Assembly (NCBI GenBank): GCA_002269645.1
Contig: NIVC01001430.1
Span: 226,119-290,118, forward strand
Direction: 5' to 3'
Length of the DNA: 64,000 bases
From: Macrostomum lignano
Taxonomy: Eukaryota
Shown here: positions 1 through 14,800 of the stretch, piece by piece
Position numbering within the stretch: position 1 is the stretch's first letter
How the letters are laid out: each line of letters opens with the position of its first letter
Translations under genes and position numbers: made by a program
The notes under the pieces: model-generated
What the model was told of the DNA's origin: nothing
The model's database searches: none
Seen by the model: the letters and a program-made list of their open reading frames with translations, nothing else

Positions 1-129
1 AGAGAAAAAAAGAGGATTTTTAAAAAAATCTGAGTGACATTCTCAGGGGGATAATTGTAGGAGTGAAAATTGTTAAATTTGTCAGAATCAACATTGTCAT
101 ACGAATTGTCAGAATCGAAGTTGTCAAAA

Positions 130-2990
130 TCAATTTTCAGAATCTTTTTTGTCAGAATTGAAATTGTTAGAAAAATTGTCAGAACCAACTTTGTCGATCA
201 GGTTTGACATTGTCAGACTGAACATTTTCAGAAGATTTGTCAGAATCAACATTGTCAGAAGATTTGTCAGAATCATCATTGTCAGAAGATTGGTCGAAAT
301 CAACACTGTCAGAAGATTGGTCAGAATCAACATTGTCAGAAGATTTGTCAGAATCATCATTGTCAGAAGATTGGTCGGAATCAACACTGTCAGAAGATTG
401 GTCAGAATCAACATTGTCAGAAGATTGGTCAGAATCAACATTGTCAGAATCAACATTGTCAGAAGATTGGTCAGAATCAACATTGTCAGAAGATTGGTCA
501 GAATCAACATTGTCAGAATCAGCATTGTCAGAATCAACATTGTCAGAAGATTGGTCAGAATCAACACTGTCAGAATAAACACTGTCAGAAGATTGGTCAG
601 AATCAACACTGTCAGAAGATTGGTCAGAATCAACATTGTCAGAATCAACATTGTCAGAAGATTGGTCAGAATCAACATTGTCAGAATCAACATTGTCAAA
701 AGATTGGTCAGAATCAACATTGTCAGAAGATTGGTCAGAATCAACATTGTCAGAATCAACATTGTCAGAAGATTGGTCAGAATCAACATTGTCAGAAGAT
801 TGGTCAGAATCAACATTGTCAGAATCAGCATTGTCAGAATCAACATTGTCAGAATCAGCATTGTCAGAATCAACATTGTCAGAAGATTGGTCAGAATCAA
901 CATTGTCAGAATCAGCATTGTCAGAATCAACATTGTCAGAAGATTGGTCAGAATCAACACTGTCAGAATATTGGTCAGAATCAACACTGTCAGAAGATTG
1001 GTCAGAATCAACATTGTCAGAATCAACATTGTCAGAATCAGCATTGTCAGAATCAACATTGTCAGAAGATTGGTCAGAATCAACACTGTCAGAATCAACA
1101 CTGTCAGAAGATTGGTCAGAATCAACACTGTCAGAAGATTGGTCAGAATCAACATTGTCAGAATCAACATAGTCAGAATCAACATTGTCAGAATCAACAT
1201 TGTCAGAATCAACATTGTCAGAATCAGCATTGTCAGAATTAACATTGTCAGAAGATTGGTCAGAATCAACACTGTCAGAATCAACACTGTCAGAAGATTG
1301 GTCAGAATCAACACTGTCAGAAGATTGGTCAGAATCAACATTGTCAGAATCAACATTGTCAGAAGATTGGTCAGAATCAACATTGTCAGAATCAGCATTG
1401 TCAGAATCAACATTGTCAGAAGATTGGTCAGAATCAACACTGTCACAATATTGGTCAGAATCAACACTGTCAGAAGATTGGTCAGAATCAACATTGTCAG
1501 AATCAACATTGTCAGAATCAGCATTGTCAGAATCAACATTGTCAGAAGATTGGTCAGAATCAACACTGTCAGAATCAACACTGTCAGAAGATTGGTCAGA
1601 ATCAACACTGTCAGAAGATTGGTCAGAATCAACATTGTCAGAATCAACATAGTCAGAATCAACATTGTCAGAATCAACATTGTCAGAATCAACATTGTCA
1701 GAATCAGCATTGTCAGAATTAACATTGTCAGAAGATTGGTCAGAATCAACACTGTCAGAATCAACACTGTCAGAAGATTGGTCAGAATCAACACTGTCAG
1801 AAGATTGGTCAGAATCAACATTGTCAGAATCAACATTGTCAGAAGATTGGTCAGAATCAACATTGTCAGAATCAGCATTGTCAGAATCAACATTGTCAGA
1901 AGATTGGTCAGAATCAACACTGTCAGAATATTGGTCAGAATCAACACTGTCAGAAGATTGGTCAGAATCAACATTGTCAGAATCAACATTGTCAGAATCA
2001 GCATTGTCAGAATCAACATTGTCAGAAGATTGGTCAGAATCAACACTGTCAGAATCAACACTGTCAGAAGATTGGTCAGAATCAACACTGTCAGAAGATT
2101 GGTCAGAATCAACATTGTCAGAATCAACATAGTCAGAATCAACATTGTCAGAATCAACATTGTCAGAATCAACATTGTCAGAATCAGCATTGTCAGAATT
2201 AACATTGTCAGAAGATTGGTCAGAATCAACACTGTCAGAATCAACACTGTCAGAAGATTGGTCAGAATCAACACTGTCAGAAGATTGGTCAGAATCAACA
2301 TTGTCAGAATCAACATTGTCAGAAGATTGGTCAGAATCAACATTGTCAGAATCAACATTGTCAGAAGATTGGTCAGAATCAACATTGTCAGAATCAACAT
2401 TGTCAGAAGATTGGTCAGAATTAACATTGTCAGAAGATTGGTCAGAATCAATATTGTCAGAAGATTTGTCAGAATCAACATTGTCAGAATCAGCATTGTC
2501 AGAATCAACATTGTCAGAAGATTGGTCAGAATCAACATTGTCAGAAGATTAATCAGAATCAACATTGTCAGAAGATTGGTCAGAATCAACACTGTCAGAA
2601 TCAACATTGTCAGAATCAGCATTGTCAGAATCAACACTGTCAGAAGATTGGTCAGAATCAACACTGTCAGAAGATTGGTCAGAATCAACATTGTCAGAAT
2701 CAACATTGTCAGAATCAGCATTGTCAGAATCAACATTGTCAGAAGATTGGTCAGAATCAACACTGTCAGAATCAACATTGTCAGAATCAGCATTGTCAGA
2801 ATCAACATTGTCAGAAGATTGGTCAGAATCAACACTGTCAGAAGATTGGTCAGAATCAACACTGTCAGAAGATTGGTCAGAATCAACATTGTCAGAATCA
2901 ACATTGTCAGAATCAACATTGTCAGAATCAACTTTGTCAGAATCAACATTGTCAGAATCAACTTTGTCAGAAGATTTGTCAGCAGCAACA
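130..2990. repeat. Satellite built from a 15-bp (GTCAGAATCAACATT) and a 12-bp (GTCAGAAGATTG) module, with a 480-bp higher-order repeat
   Basis: Both modules are directly visible. The rare variant AACATAGTCAG recurs at ~1166, ~1646 and ~2126 (480-bp period). Confidence 0.97.
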
Positions 2991-3999
2991 TAGAAAATTA
3001 AGTAAAAAACGGATTGTCATGATCTACCTGAACACTATAAGTGACGACACTAACTGACAACAAATACGATCAGGCCTATCTAACAATCTAACAACACGCC
3101 GATGAAAAGACAAAAGACAAGCAATTCTTTGTTAAATTTTGTAAATTTGTTTTTAAAAGAAACAGAGCCAGAGAACACGCGTGCCCACAAGTTTGGGGGC
3201 TTTTATATTTTTAAACACATTATTAATATTAACATGTATATGCATTTAATTATTAATTATGTATGAATTTCAACGAATTTAAAAAATGGTAGAGTCTGCA
3301 GCAGCAAAATTTGATTAATGATTCGGCATTGGGGGGGGGGGGGCATTCAGTTTGAATTATAAAAATTCAATTATTATTAAGTTTGTTAATCCGCACGGGA
3401 ATTTAGAAAACAGGGGTAAATTTTAGGGACAATAAAAGTGAGAGGAAAATTCGTGGGGAGTTGACAGCAATGTACAGAATATGCCAAATTTAGCATGCCT
3501 TTTACTATCGATACTTTCGGGCCTGATATAGAAAATTTAGGCGATTAAGTTATGTTTAAAAAATTATGTGACGATAAAATCATAGAAATACAACAAACGT
3601 TGGTACAAGCAGAGCACATGATTCTTCTAGATAGCGCGTATAAATAAACACCGTATGTACATTGCTAATCATACTACTGCTGGCTAAGTAGTAGTAATTT
3701 TAGTAGCTGCAGACGCGGAGAGCGGAAAAATTCATCAACCTTAAATAGCTGAGAAAACATTAGTTTTCTAATTAATTAATAACAAACATGATAAAAATGG
3801 CCAATTTGTACACATTTATAAGCAATCCTAATGTGCAACACACTGTATTTAGTTAGTTTGAATTTAATATTTTAGTAACACAGGCAGACCGACAGGGTTA
3901 TTAATGCTGTTATGCTTTGTATAGGCATTTCGCGCACTAGTTGCCATGGTAACTCATATGTACGAGGGCGACTATCTGCTAAAATATGAGGACAGAAAA

Positions 4000-4302
4000 G
4001 TCATTGCTATGAAAACACTCCGTTGCTGAGGGGACCCTAGTTGCTATAGAAATTCTGGTTACTATGGAAACACTCCGTTGCTGAGGGAACCCTAGTTGCC
4101 ATAGAAACTCTGGGGTTACTATGGAAACACTCCGTTGCTGGGGGAACCCTAGTTGCCATAGAAACTCTGGGGTTACTATGGAAACACTCCGTTGCTGAGG
4201 GAACCCTAGTTGCTATAGAAACTCTGGGGTTACTATGGAAACACTCCGTTGCTGAGGGAACCCTAGTTGCTATAGAAACCCTGGGGTTACTATGGAAACA
4301 CT
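4000..4302. repeat. 57-bp minisatellite, about 5 copies
   Basis: CACTCC recurs at 4071, 4128, 4185, 4242 and CACT at 4299. Confidence 0.93.
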
Positions 4303-4342
4303 AACCGATTACCAAACTCCTACACTTGTTTGATGCAACAGA

Positions 4343-4970
4343 AATTATTCTTTTGAAAAAAGTTAACAATCAATAAGCTATTTGTTACCTGATTAAGAAG
4401 CGCTCAGAGTGACTATGACTATGACTATGACTATGACTATGATAAGTGCTTCCGGCGCCTCAGCCTAAGTAAAAAGGCTCTTACGCCACTAGAGATAAAT
4501 AAGTTCCAGATTGGGAGTGTACTAATGTACACTTAAAGCCAAATTAGACTATAGAGGACTGTACAGGGCAGTATCAGAAAAACCAAACCTCCCCGGGGGA
4601 CAGTAGCGGTTCGACGAACCAGTCAGGAAGCCCGTGCCCACAAACCAGGTTAGAAGGCCCCCAAAGCCTATTAGAGATGGCCCGAAGGCCTAGAGCCGTG
4701 GCAACCATGCTGGTGCCGACCGCCCCTCTACCCCCGGGTACAAATCATAAACCTCCCCGAGGCCCGTGGGGGTTGAGAGAACCAATCAGGGAAGCCCGTG
4801 CCTACTCCTGGGTTAGAAAAGCCAATGCCGGTCATTTGACCGCTCCCCACGGCCGTGGCAACCCGAAGGAGCCTCCCCCCCAACTAAGCCTAAGCCCAAC
4901 TAAATTATTCTTTTGAAAAAAAGTTAACAATCAATAAGCTATTTGTTACCTGATTAAGAAGCGCTCAGAG
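4343..4970. repeat. Pair of ~68-bp direct repeats (4343-4410, 4902-4970) flanking ~490 bp
   Basis: AAATTATTCTTTTGAAAAAA...GATTAAGAAGCGCTCAGAG occurs twice, differing by one A. A (GACTAT)n microsatellite follows the first copy. Confidence 0.85.
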
Positions 4971-5805
4971 TTAGCCAACATTAAAAAACCTGACTAAAGA
5001 ACACAACAAAGTTAGCAGTCTTCAATTTTGCTAATATATCGCTACTGTAAGTAGTGCAATAGTACTATTAATAGTAGCTGGTAAGAATTTTAATCGATCA
5101 GGTGAAATAAGATAAATTACAAAATGATAATAAAAGGGCAGGCAGGTGAAATATACCTACAAACACATTAATAGCTAAGCAATAATATTCATGATTAGTA
5201 TACTTATTACATATATATAATCATATATTTTAAACAGACGCGCAAACTGACACTGGGCTTACAAAAATCGAGCTGCCATGACATGACGCAAGAGACACAG
5301 AGACACATAGAGAAGCCAACAGGATAAACGTTTCACGCACACATTTTAGAAGGCGTATCTCCTACTCATTAGTAGTTAGTTAGCAATAGTAAACACTGAT
5401 TTATTACTTACTGGCTGTAATTGTAATTATAACCTTAATTTCTCCAGCTGACTACTAGACTATCTTAGCGAGGAAAGTAGCATATTGAGGTTATTCGGTG
5501 AAAAAGTGAATTATAATAAGAAAAAAAATTACCTGAAGGCGCCAGTAAAGGTTAGAATCCGCGCTAACTAACTATTCTATTTTGAAAATACGTATTGTTA
5601 TTAATACAATAAGAACATTATAATAGAGGCCTAAATGTATGTATGCATTAAAAAAACAAACAAACAAGAACAAACAAAACCGCCAATTGAATACAAGCGA
5701 TTTATTTTCCAAGGGAGATTTAGGGCGAATATATAAGAAATACAACAGCAAACTGACAGTAAGCTACAAACACAAGATGGACCGAATAAAGCTACAAGAA
5801 TCTAA

Positions 5806-8800
5806 TCATAGGCCACCGGCCAGGAACTGCTGATGCGACCGAAGCTGCAGCACCGAGGTTGTCGGGCCGTGCGACTGCGGCGGCTGCTGCTGCTGCTGAC
5901 CGGAAGTAGAAGCCGGAGTGGCCAGATTTTCTGCCGGCGGCATCATCTGATCTCGGCGGGAGCGTTTCACTGCGGTTGACACCGCCTGCGGCCCGCCGGC
6001 GCCCGCCGCCGACTGGATGGACGTTGACGCCGCCGCAGCCGCAGTGGCTCCGGGGCTCGGCGCAACGGCCGAAGCCTGTCCTTGCCCGCCGCCCATCGAT
6101 GGCGTCATGGACGAGTCTCGCTGACGTTTTGGCCGTCCGCGTTGTCCGGAGCCCCGGCCGGGACCGCCGCCAACAACCGAACCAGTCGCTCCGCTGATCG
6201 AACCTTCAGCGCCGCCGCCGTCTGGGCTCTCCAAAGATGACAGGTAATAAATCAAACTCTGCCATTGCGGACCAAGGCCGTTAGTGCGGACCTGCCAACC
6301 GGTGCGCAACCATTGAGCCAGCTGGGCCTTGTCTTCGCGCAATAGTTTGTTCGAGAATTCCGCTAGCACGTCGAAGAAGGCGAGATTGTGCGGCGGGGCG
6401 GCTGCGGCCGGCGATGCCGGGTCCCAGTCGGCCAGCGCGAATTTGACGCCCTCCTCGTGTAGGCAGCGCATGAGCTCGCGGACCTGGGGGAGGGGAGGGG
6501 TATTGGATGGATTGATTGAGATAATCCAGGTGTGAAATGGCACTTCCAGTATCCTAAATCAAGGAGTGAAATGGAACTTCCGGTATTCGAAATCCAGGAG
6601 TGAAATGGCACTTCCGGTATCCGAAATCCAGGTGTGAAATGGAACTTCCGGTATCCGAAATCCAAGAGTAAAATGGAACTTTCGGTATCCGAAATCCAGG
6701 AGTGAAATGGCACTTCCAGTATCCGAAATCCAGGAGTGAAATGGCACTTCCGGTATCCGAAATCCAGGAGTGAAATGGCACTTCCGGTATCCGAAATCCA
6801 GGAGTGAAATGGAACTTCCGGTATCCGAAATCCAGGAGTGAAGTGGCACTTCCGGTATCCGAAATCCAGGAGTGAAATGGAACTTCCGGTATCCGAAATT
6901 AATCCAGGAGTGAAATGGCACTTCCGGTATCCGAAATCCAGGAGTGAAATGGAACTTCCGGTATCCGAAATCCAGGAGTGAAATGGCACTTCCGGTATCC
7001 GAAATCCAGGAGTGAAATGGAACTTCCGGTATCCGAAATCCAGGAGTGAAATGGCACTTCCGGTATCCGAAATCCAGGAGTGAAATGGCACTTCCGGTAT
7101 CCGAAATCCAGGAGTGAAATGGAACTTCCGGTATCCGAAATCCAGGAGTGAAGTGGCACTTCCGGTATCCGAAATCCAGGAGTGAAATGGAACTTCCGGT
7201 ATCCGAAATTAATCCAGGAGTGAAATGGCACTTCCGGTATCCGAAATCCAGGAGTGAAATGGAACTTCCGGTATCCGAAATCCAGGAGTGAAATGGCACT
7301 TCCGGTATCCGAAATCCAGGAGTGAAATGGAACTTCCGGTATCCGAAATCCAGGAGTGAAATGGCACTTCCGGTATCCGAAATCCAGGAGTGAAACGGAA
7401 CTTCCGGTATCCGAAATCCAGGAGTGAAATGGCACTTCCGGTACCCTAAATCCAAGTGTAAAATGGCACTACCGGAACCCGAAATCAAGGTGTGAAATGG
7501 CACTTCAGAAATACACGAGATTCAGAATAACAAATTGGAATAGGAACTTCCAAGATTCAAGATGTGAACACACAATAGTATTAAAGTCAATATTAATAAC
7601 GAATTATCACCTTTGCAGCGTCCAAACCGAAGCTCAGATTGAACCTGCGAGCCAAATCCTTGAGCGCAACAAAGCCAGGGGAGCCCCGATCGGAATTAGC
7701 CGGCAATTGACTAAACGCCTTCTGCAGCGTGGCCGCTATGCACAAAGTGGTCTCTCGTTTGTTAATCTCTTTGCACTTTTGCAGCGTAGTTTTCATAATA
7801 TCGCCGAAATCGTTATAGAACCGAATGTAATGCACAAACATGTTACTAGCCAACTGTAATGGCACACAATTGTAGACGACTAATTTAGCAAAACAGGCCA
7901 GGTGCGTGCGCCGATTGTGCAGCTCTTCAATTTTGGCGTCCTCGTCAGTGTCGGGGTCGTCTTCGACAAACACCCGACGCTGCATGAAGTGCACCAGACC
8001 GGATTGAAGGCCGGCGTCGGCGACGAACGAGACGACACCCGCCGGCTGCTGTCGATCCCCTGCTTGGCCGGCCACGGCCGGTTCGTTGTGCCTGCTAAAC
8101 ACCACTAGTAAGTCGCAGATTGATACATAAGCTTCCGTTGCTATCGACTTCTCGTCGTGCGACAGGTAAGCGGTGGTCACCTTTGATTGCAGGTGGGTGG
8201 GGGTGGCATGAGACTATGTACAGATCTAGGCTATAGTAAGTACAATATATATCCACTTGTAGATATTCTAGATTTACCCTGTAGACATTTCAGATCTATC
8301 TTTAGATATTCCAGTTCTATCTATAGATATTCCACATATATTTGTCGGGTTTCCGGATGTGCCAGTGGATAATTTAGATCTAACGGTAGATATCTGTAGA
8401 TATTCTTGATCTATCTGTAGATATTCTTGATCTATCTGTAGATATTCTTGATCTATATGTAGATATTCTTGATCTATCTGTAGATATTCTTGATCTATCT
8501 GTAGACGTTCTTGATCTATCTGTAGATGTTATCGATCTATCTGTAGATGTTATCGATCTATCTGTAGATATTATCGATCTATCTGTAGATATTCTTGATC
8601 TATCTGTAGATATTCTTGATCTATCTGTAGATATTATCGATCTATCTGTAGATATTATCGATCTATCTGAAGATATACTTGATCTATCTGTAGATATTCT
8701 TGATCTATCTGTAGATATTCTTGATCTATCTGTAGATATCCTAGAGTTGAACTGCAGAAGTGTTAGTTATACAAAGTTGTAGATTGAAGCATGCTACAAA

Positions 8801-11800
8801 ATATTTATGCATACTACTTCTGACTAAGAATCAGTAATACTAGATGTAACCTAAACTCGGAATTCTTAAACAATCTATAAAAACAAAAAGGCAGTACCTG
8901 AAAAAACAGCTCAACGCATTTCTTCAAATCTTTCTGCTCATTCTTATCCGGTTGGCCCTCCTTCATCTGGCGATACTGCTGCCAGAACAGCGCAAAATAG
9001 GCGCAGCCGATGCCTCTGGCGACAACTTCTTCGTAATAGAACGGTCGCTCCTGAGCTGATCGGAATATGGTTAACAGACTGATCCACAGGTCCCACGAGG
9101 TCAGGTCGTGATAAGAATAGAATGCAAATATTCTTTTCAAAGCTGACACCAGGGCATATTTGTCGTCTTCGTCTGGTCGTTCCTCTTGAAAATAGTTGAG
9201 ATAGGCCTGCTTATAGGATTCTACTAGTCTGTCAATCAAGGTGCTGAGCACGGCAAGGCATTTGCTGCCAATCTGCAGCTCCTCCTGGGTTAGGGACTCG
9301 AATACTCGAGCAAACGATAGCAGCACCTCGGTTTCAGTGTGCTTCACAATGGACTCCTGCATGTACTTGAGCAGCAGGTCCAGATGCTTCTCCTGGCGAG
9401 TGCTAACGAACATGTCCAAGTCCATGTACTGCACAAGCGACAGCAGGTTTAACATTTTGCCTGTGTCTTCGCCGTATTTGAGAATAAGCTGAGCTAGAGT
9501 TGGAATCAGGTGCTCAGTTAGCCTCTGCTTGTCCTCTTGCACCTGGAGACAATAGTTAATAATAGGGATCGTGCGATTAGAAAACAGGCCAAGCTCATTG
9601 GGTGTAAAATATCATCAAAACCTGTCGAGTTTTGAAAAAAATAGTGTTAAAGATCCCTAAAAATATTAAACTTTACAATTAACTATCAACGATCAATGCT
9701 TGAAATGCCTATCTCAATCCCAAGAAAGTTCCTATGTTGACAGGCGAGTGTAAAAAATCTCCTAAAATCCCTATTTTGACACCTCAATTGTAAAATATCC
9801 CTAAAAATCCCCATTATGACATCCTAACTGGAAAAAATCCTTAGAATCCCCATTTCGACACCCTAATTGTAAAATATTCCCTAGAATCCCTATTTGACAC
9901 CTTAATTGTAAAATATTCCCTAGAATCCTTGTTTTGACACCTCAATTGTAAAAAAATCCCCTAAAATCTCCATTTCGACACCCTAATTGTAAAAAATCCC
10001 AATTTCGACTGCAATTGCAAGTCAACTCCCTCAGACGCACCTGTCGCATCTCGCGATTAGTCAACTGCTTCCGACTGGCCTGCCTACCAACCGGACTCTC
10101 GCCGGTGGCGGCCTGACGCGCACAGCAGGCTAGAATTTCAATTAGCGACGATTCCTGCAGATCACCTAGCGGCTCTTCGCCTCGACCTGGCTCCTCCAAC
10201 AGCAGGTCGATCATGGCCTCCCAGTCGCGCAGCATGTCGTTAATGTCGAAGAAACTATCAACTAAATAAGCGGCGTGTTCGTTTAATTCGGACTCAATAA
10301 AGAACTGGACTAGATCGCGCAATAGCACAGTGTTCTGGCTGCGCTTTTTGCCTTTCTTAGTGCGCAACTGCGGCGCGTGTTCGTCTAGTTGGAACAGTTT
10401 CAAATTCAAGAACTCGGCGGCTGCTACGGCCAACGGTCGGTGGCTTGAGTACACTAGCTCGTAGATATTCTCGGCGTCTTTGTCGTCAAGAATCCGATCG
10501 AGATTGCGCAGCATACAGGTGACGCAGCGAACAGCTTCAACGGCAACTTCGCTATCTTTGTCTAGCGTCATGTCTAATATGCGCGATTTAAACCGGCTGC
10601 TGAACAGCTCCAGCTTGTTAACAGCGTTCGGATCTTCATAGAGCGGCTGCAACGATTTCAGACAGGTTAATCGAACCTCCGACACTCGATCGTACAGAGT
10701 CCAGCCTACGTATTTTAAATAGGAATCCTCCAAGAATACGTTTGGCATCTTTTTCATCCACTGGCCAATCTCTTGGATGCAAATAGTGCGAATCTCGGCC
10801 TGCGAGTCTCTGTACCGATGGATAAAGACTCCTTTGAACAGGTAGGTGATCATAGTTTTAATCTCTTCAAGATTCTCCTGCAGCTTCTGTCGATTCTTTA
10901 ACAGGCCGTCTAGACGATCGTGTGCGCGCCGATTCTGCGCTTTCAATCGTTCGGCGTCGTATTGACGCTGCGTGTTGTCAAGATTGATTGACACGCTTAG
11001 GGACACTTCAACAAGGGCTGTGACTAACTTCACAGCTGCCAGGGTGCTTGTGTGACGAAATGCTCGCACCTGAGAATCGGTTAAACCAGTTAGCAACGAG
11101 ATCACAGTGTCAGTCATGAACTGATCATAGATGACGCTATACTGGCACTGCCGAATCAGTATAGTGATGAAGTCAACAAAGCTGGACCGGAATTTGCGCC
11201 AAACTGGCCCGGTCATGATTAGCGGATACTCGCCGCTATCCTCGTCGAATTGTTCCGTCATTTTGCGAATAATCTCGGCGTAGCTATCGTTAAGGTACAT
11301 CTGCATAGTGATGCGACCTTTGCAGCCGCTGCTGCTAATAAAAAACTGCAATAGTCTAACAAGAGCGGCGTCTCTATCCTGCTTGTACTGCTGGATCCAT
11401 TCGTCTGCAATCTGTTGCAGAGCGCCACGGCCCTGCTTGATAATAGCAAACAGTGAGCTGTCCTCGTCTTCGAGTTCGTGCGGTCGGGGACCGCGCCTAG
11501 CCCGTTTAGCGCCAGAAGGGGTGGCGCCGGCGCCCATGCCGCCTACAACGCCAACGGCTGTGTTGGTGGTGGCAGCCAGTGTTGGACCGGAGGGTTGGCT
11601 TAGCTCAACCTGCAACCATTTAGTTAAATATCTATCGTCAGTTATGGTTCATAATTATTGTTAAAACTTGGCACTAAACACTTAAATGCAACAAGAGAAC
11701 ATGAAAAAATTGTATCTATGAGTTATAGTAGATGTGCTATTGATATTCATACAGCTGTTTGTTTAGAAAATTAAGATTTTATGGTAATTTTATAAGACTA

Positions 11801-14800
11801 TGAATAAATGAATATTGATAGAGCTATAGCAGATGAACAAGATGAAAGATGAACACTTGGTCTCTCTACTATCAAAAGCAATAACAACTTCTGTGCTGAA
11901 AAATGAAAGGCTCCTATCTCTTTAATGTAACATTTCCTTGCATAATCCTTAAGTAATCCTCTACTTGTATAGGTTTTGTGTATATTGCAGCTAATAAATT
12001 TTTAATCAAACCATACTCATGGTTACGCCATACACTATAAATTTCTAATGTACTTTTGGAACAATTGGTGCATACTTGCTACACAATTTTTGGTGATCTT
12101 TTGGACTAGTAAATTCTTTTGTATGCACTTAGTGTAGATAGGCTAATGGTATACTTATGAGACTGCACTATTGAACCTTTGCAAATGTTGTATTTTGTAT
12201 CTAAATTAAGTCTAGAAGATTTAGAACTAGCACATTTGTTTTTTACTGACTTTTCTAGATACTGTTTTACCATATACATGCGCAACCTTGGGAATCACTT
12301 GGCCATTTCTATTGGCAACACACACATGTAAGTCGCTATTTTATCAATTTTATATATTTATAAGCTTTAAGCTTTTTTAACTTTTTAAAAAACTATACTT
12401 CTTGTTTTTTGTCTAACTTTAAAATAACTTAAAGAATTATATTTGTGTTGTGTTTTATATATACAAACAAAAACAAAAACTTGTGCAGTTGTTAAAATTT
12501 CAAATTGTTACCTTGTAAAAAACATGGAAATCAGTTTTGCATTAAATAGTTATCAAATTTTATAATTATAATACATGGACAACTATTGTAACTAATATTG
12601 ATAACATATTTTTTCTTTTTGTACATGTCATATACCAAAATATAAAATATGTACACCAAAAGCCTTGAACATCACACCAACATGTATGCCAAATTTTATT
12701 AGTATAGTAGTGTACCTTGGAAATTTTTGGCATATATGCCTTTTTCTAGACTATGGGCCTCTGCCCTCTAGCTCTTATCAATTTCTCTATTTATTACTCT
12801 ATCTACTACTCCATCTATTACTTTATCCATTGCTAATTTTACTAATCATCTATTGTTCTATCTGTCATTTTAGCTAATGCTCCATTTACTTATTTATAAA
12901 CTTACTCTATGTTGTGCTCAGAGGTAGTATATTATAGAAAACAAATTGGAAGCTTCCAAATTTTATTCAATATCAAATTTACATTTAATATATATCTAGT
13001 TATGGCTATCTTATGCTATTAAATGTTTGTTATTAAAACATTTTTGCTTGAATTCAGTTCTTTTCCAATTTTAGATTCCAAAATTAAAAATATAAAACAA
13101 GTGAACAAATTAATAGCTAAATATATACTGGCAGCAAAGTTGTTTGTTATAGTGAATTGCCACTTTAAATCTAGCCATACTTCCATAAGTGGCATAATTC
13201 AACTTGAAGCCATTGGTTATCTAGCTATCCAAAGAGCCATATTGCTAAAAACAATCCTTTGCAATATTGAAGTTAATTTCAAATTTATGAAAATAAATTA
13301 ATTTTTTAAATAATATACTTAAAAATTTTTACAGTTATTAGTAAAAAATATACCCAAAAATTTGTATATATAACGATTTTATTTTACTATTTTTTGTTTT
13401 TTTAAATATAGCCATTATAGGTTTTGTTATTTTGCAACAATTTTGCCATTCTATTATAGTAAATCTAAAAAATGTGTGGACACCCTGCCAGGTACACAGC
13501 CATGCAAGCTAATTTTATCAAAGGTGCACGTCTAGGGGAATGAGTTAGATGAGGGGCACAAACATCAGAAAAAGCAGGCAAATTTCACATGTTTAGAGAC
13601 TATAGATTCTGTCCTGATTGAGTTACAATTACAAAGTTGAAAATTTATATTTAGATAGAAGAGTGAGTCAATAAAGACATGTTTTAAGTTTGAAGTCAAT
13701 TGCTTTATGTGGATCAAACTTATAGCAGCCAAAAGTTAGTCAATTTTAAAACCCCTTTTACACATTTGGTCAGATAAAGGAAAGAGAGAGGCAGAGGTTG
13801 GGGTGCTTAATTTGTCTCTGACAAAAGGCAGACTAAATTTAAAAGTGCATAGCACCATCTTGGGGTTGATGAAAAAAGGCTTGTTTTGCACTCATTGCAT
13901 TTGAGGCCAGCTTTATAACCTCCCTTTTTTGATTGATTGTCTATTAGACTGGTTGGTAAAAGATAAAATTCAATCAACACCACAAATGCGAGCCCACCAC
14001 ATGTAGGATCATAAAACTTGTAGGCTTTATTGTGAATGTACATTTTGCCAGCAAACTTTGTTTAGCAAACTTTGGCCAACAAACTTCAGCAAGCAAACTT
14101 TAGCTAGCAAACTGTGGCTTTATCTGTTCTATATTCTAATGGCTAGGCCTATGGATCCAGCAGTCTTTAGCAGGCAGTTATCTATTAATGAAGTCTTAGA
14201 ACATTAGAAGTATCTTGTTTTGAATCTCATCTCATTGTTTCGTTTTGATCTTATCTTAACAAAATCTCAATATCAACCACCCATTAAAAAAGTAAAATGT
14301 TTCTACTCTAGGGCCTATTACCCATAAATTACATTATTGGAATATCACTGCCAGATCTATAGCCCTTAGAAAATGGGTTCTAGTGCCAGAATTCTAGACA
14401 TTGCCTTGAATGATAGAATAGTATAAATAGGCATAGGGCCTACTAGACACAAATTAGGCTTAGGCCTAGGCTAGGCCTAATCTTGGATCTTAATTATCTC
14501 CATAGTCCAGATCATGCTAGGTGCATGCCCGAACAAAAATTGAATAATTACAAATGCACGCCAAAAAAATTAGTGCACACCCATTCTAAAAAATATGCCG
14601 GTGTTGCGACATAAATGACCTTTTTTACATTGTGACAATAAAAGACATTTTTTAATTGCGCAATAAACCCTTATTATTAGATAATTTTGTTGCTTTTAAA
14701 GCTTTTTTGGGGATACTATTTATAGTGGAAAGTTTATACATGCAAAGTTTTTTTTAATACTTTTTTACAAGCTAGAAAAACTAGAAAGCTTGAAATTTGT

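Noticed and set aside
130-3001. 950-aa and 953-aa ORFs and the SESTLSEDW ORFs
   Set aside because: By-products of 12/15-bp satellite modules, with no unique domain or start context.
6363-7503. PFHSWISDTGS repeat ORFs
   Set aside because: Translations of the 34-bp intronic minisatellite inside a well-supported STAG intron.
13807-14043. ORF with a CxxC motif in STAG intron 1
   Set aside because: Short, AT-rich, with no further zinc-finger ligands or recognisable homology.
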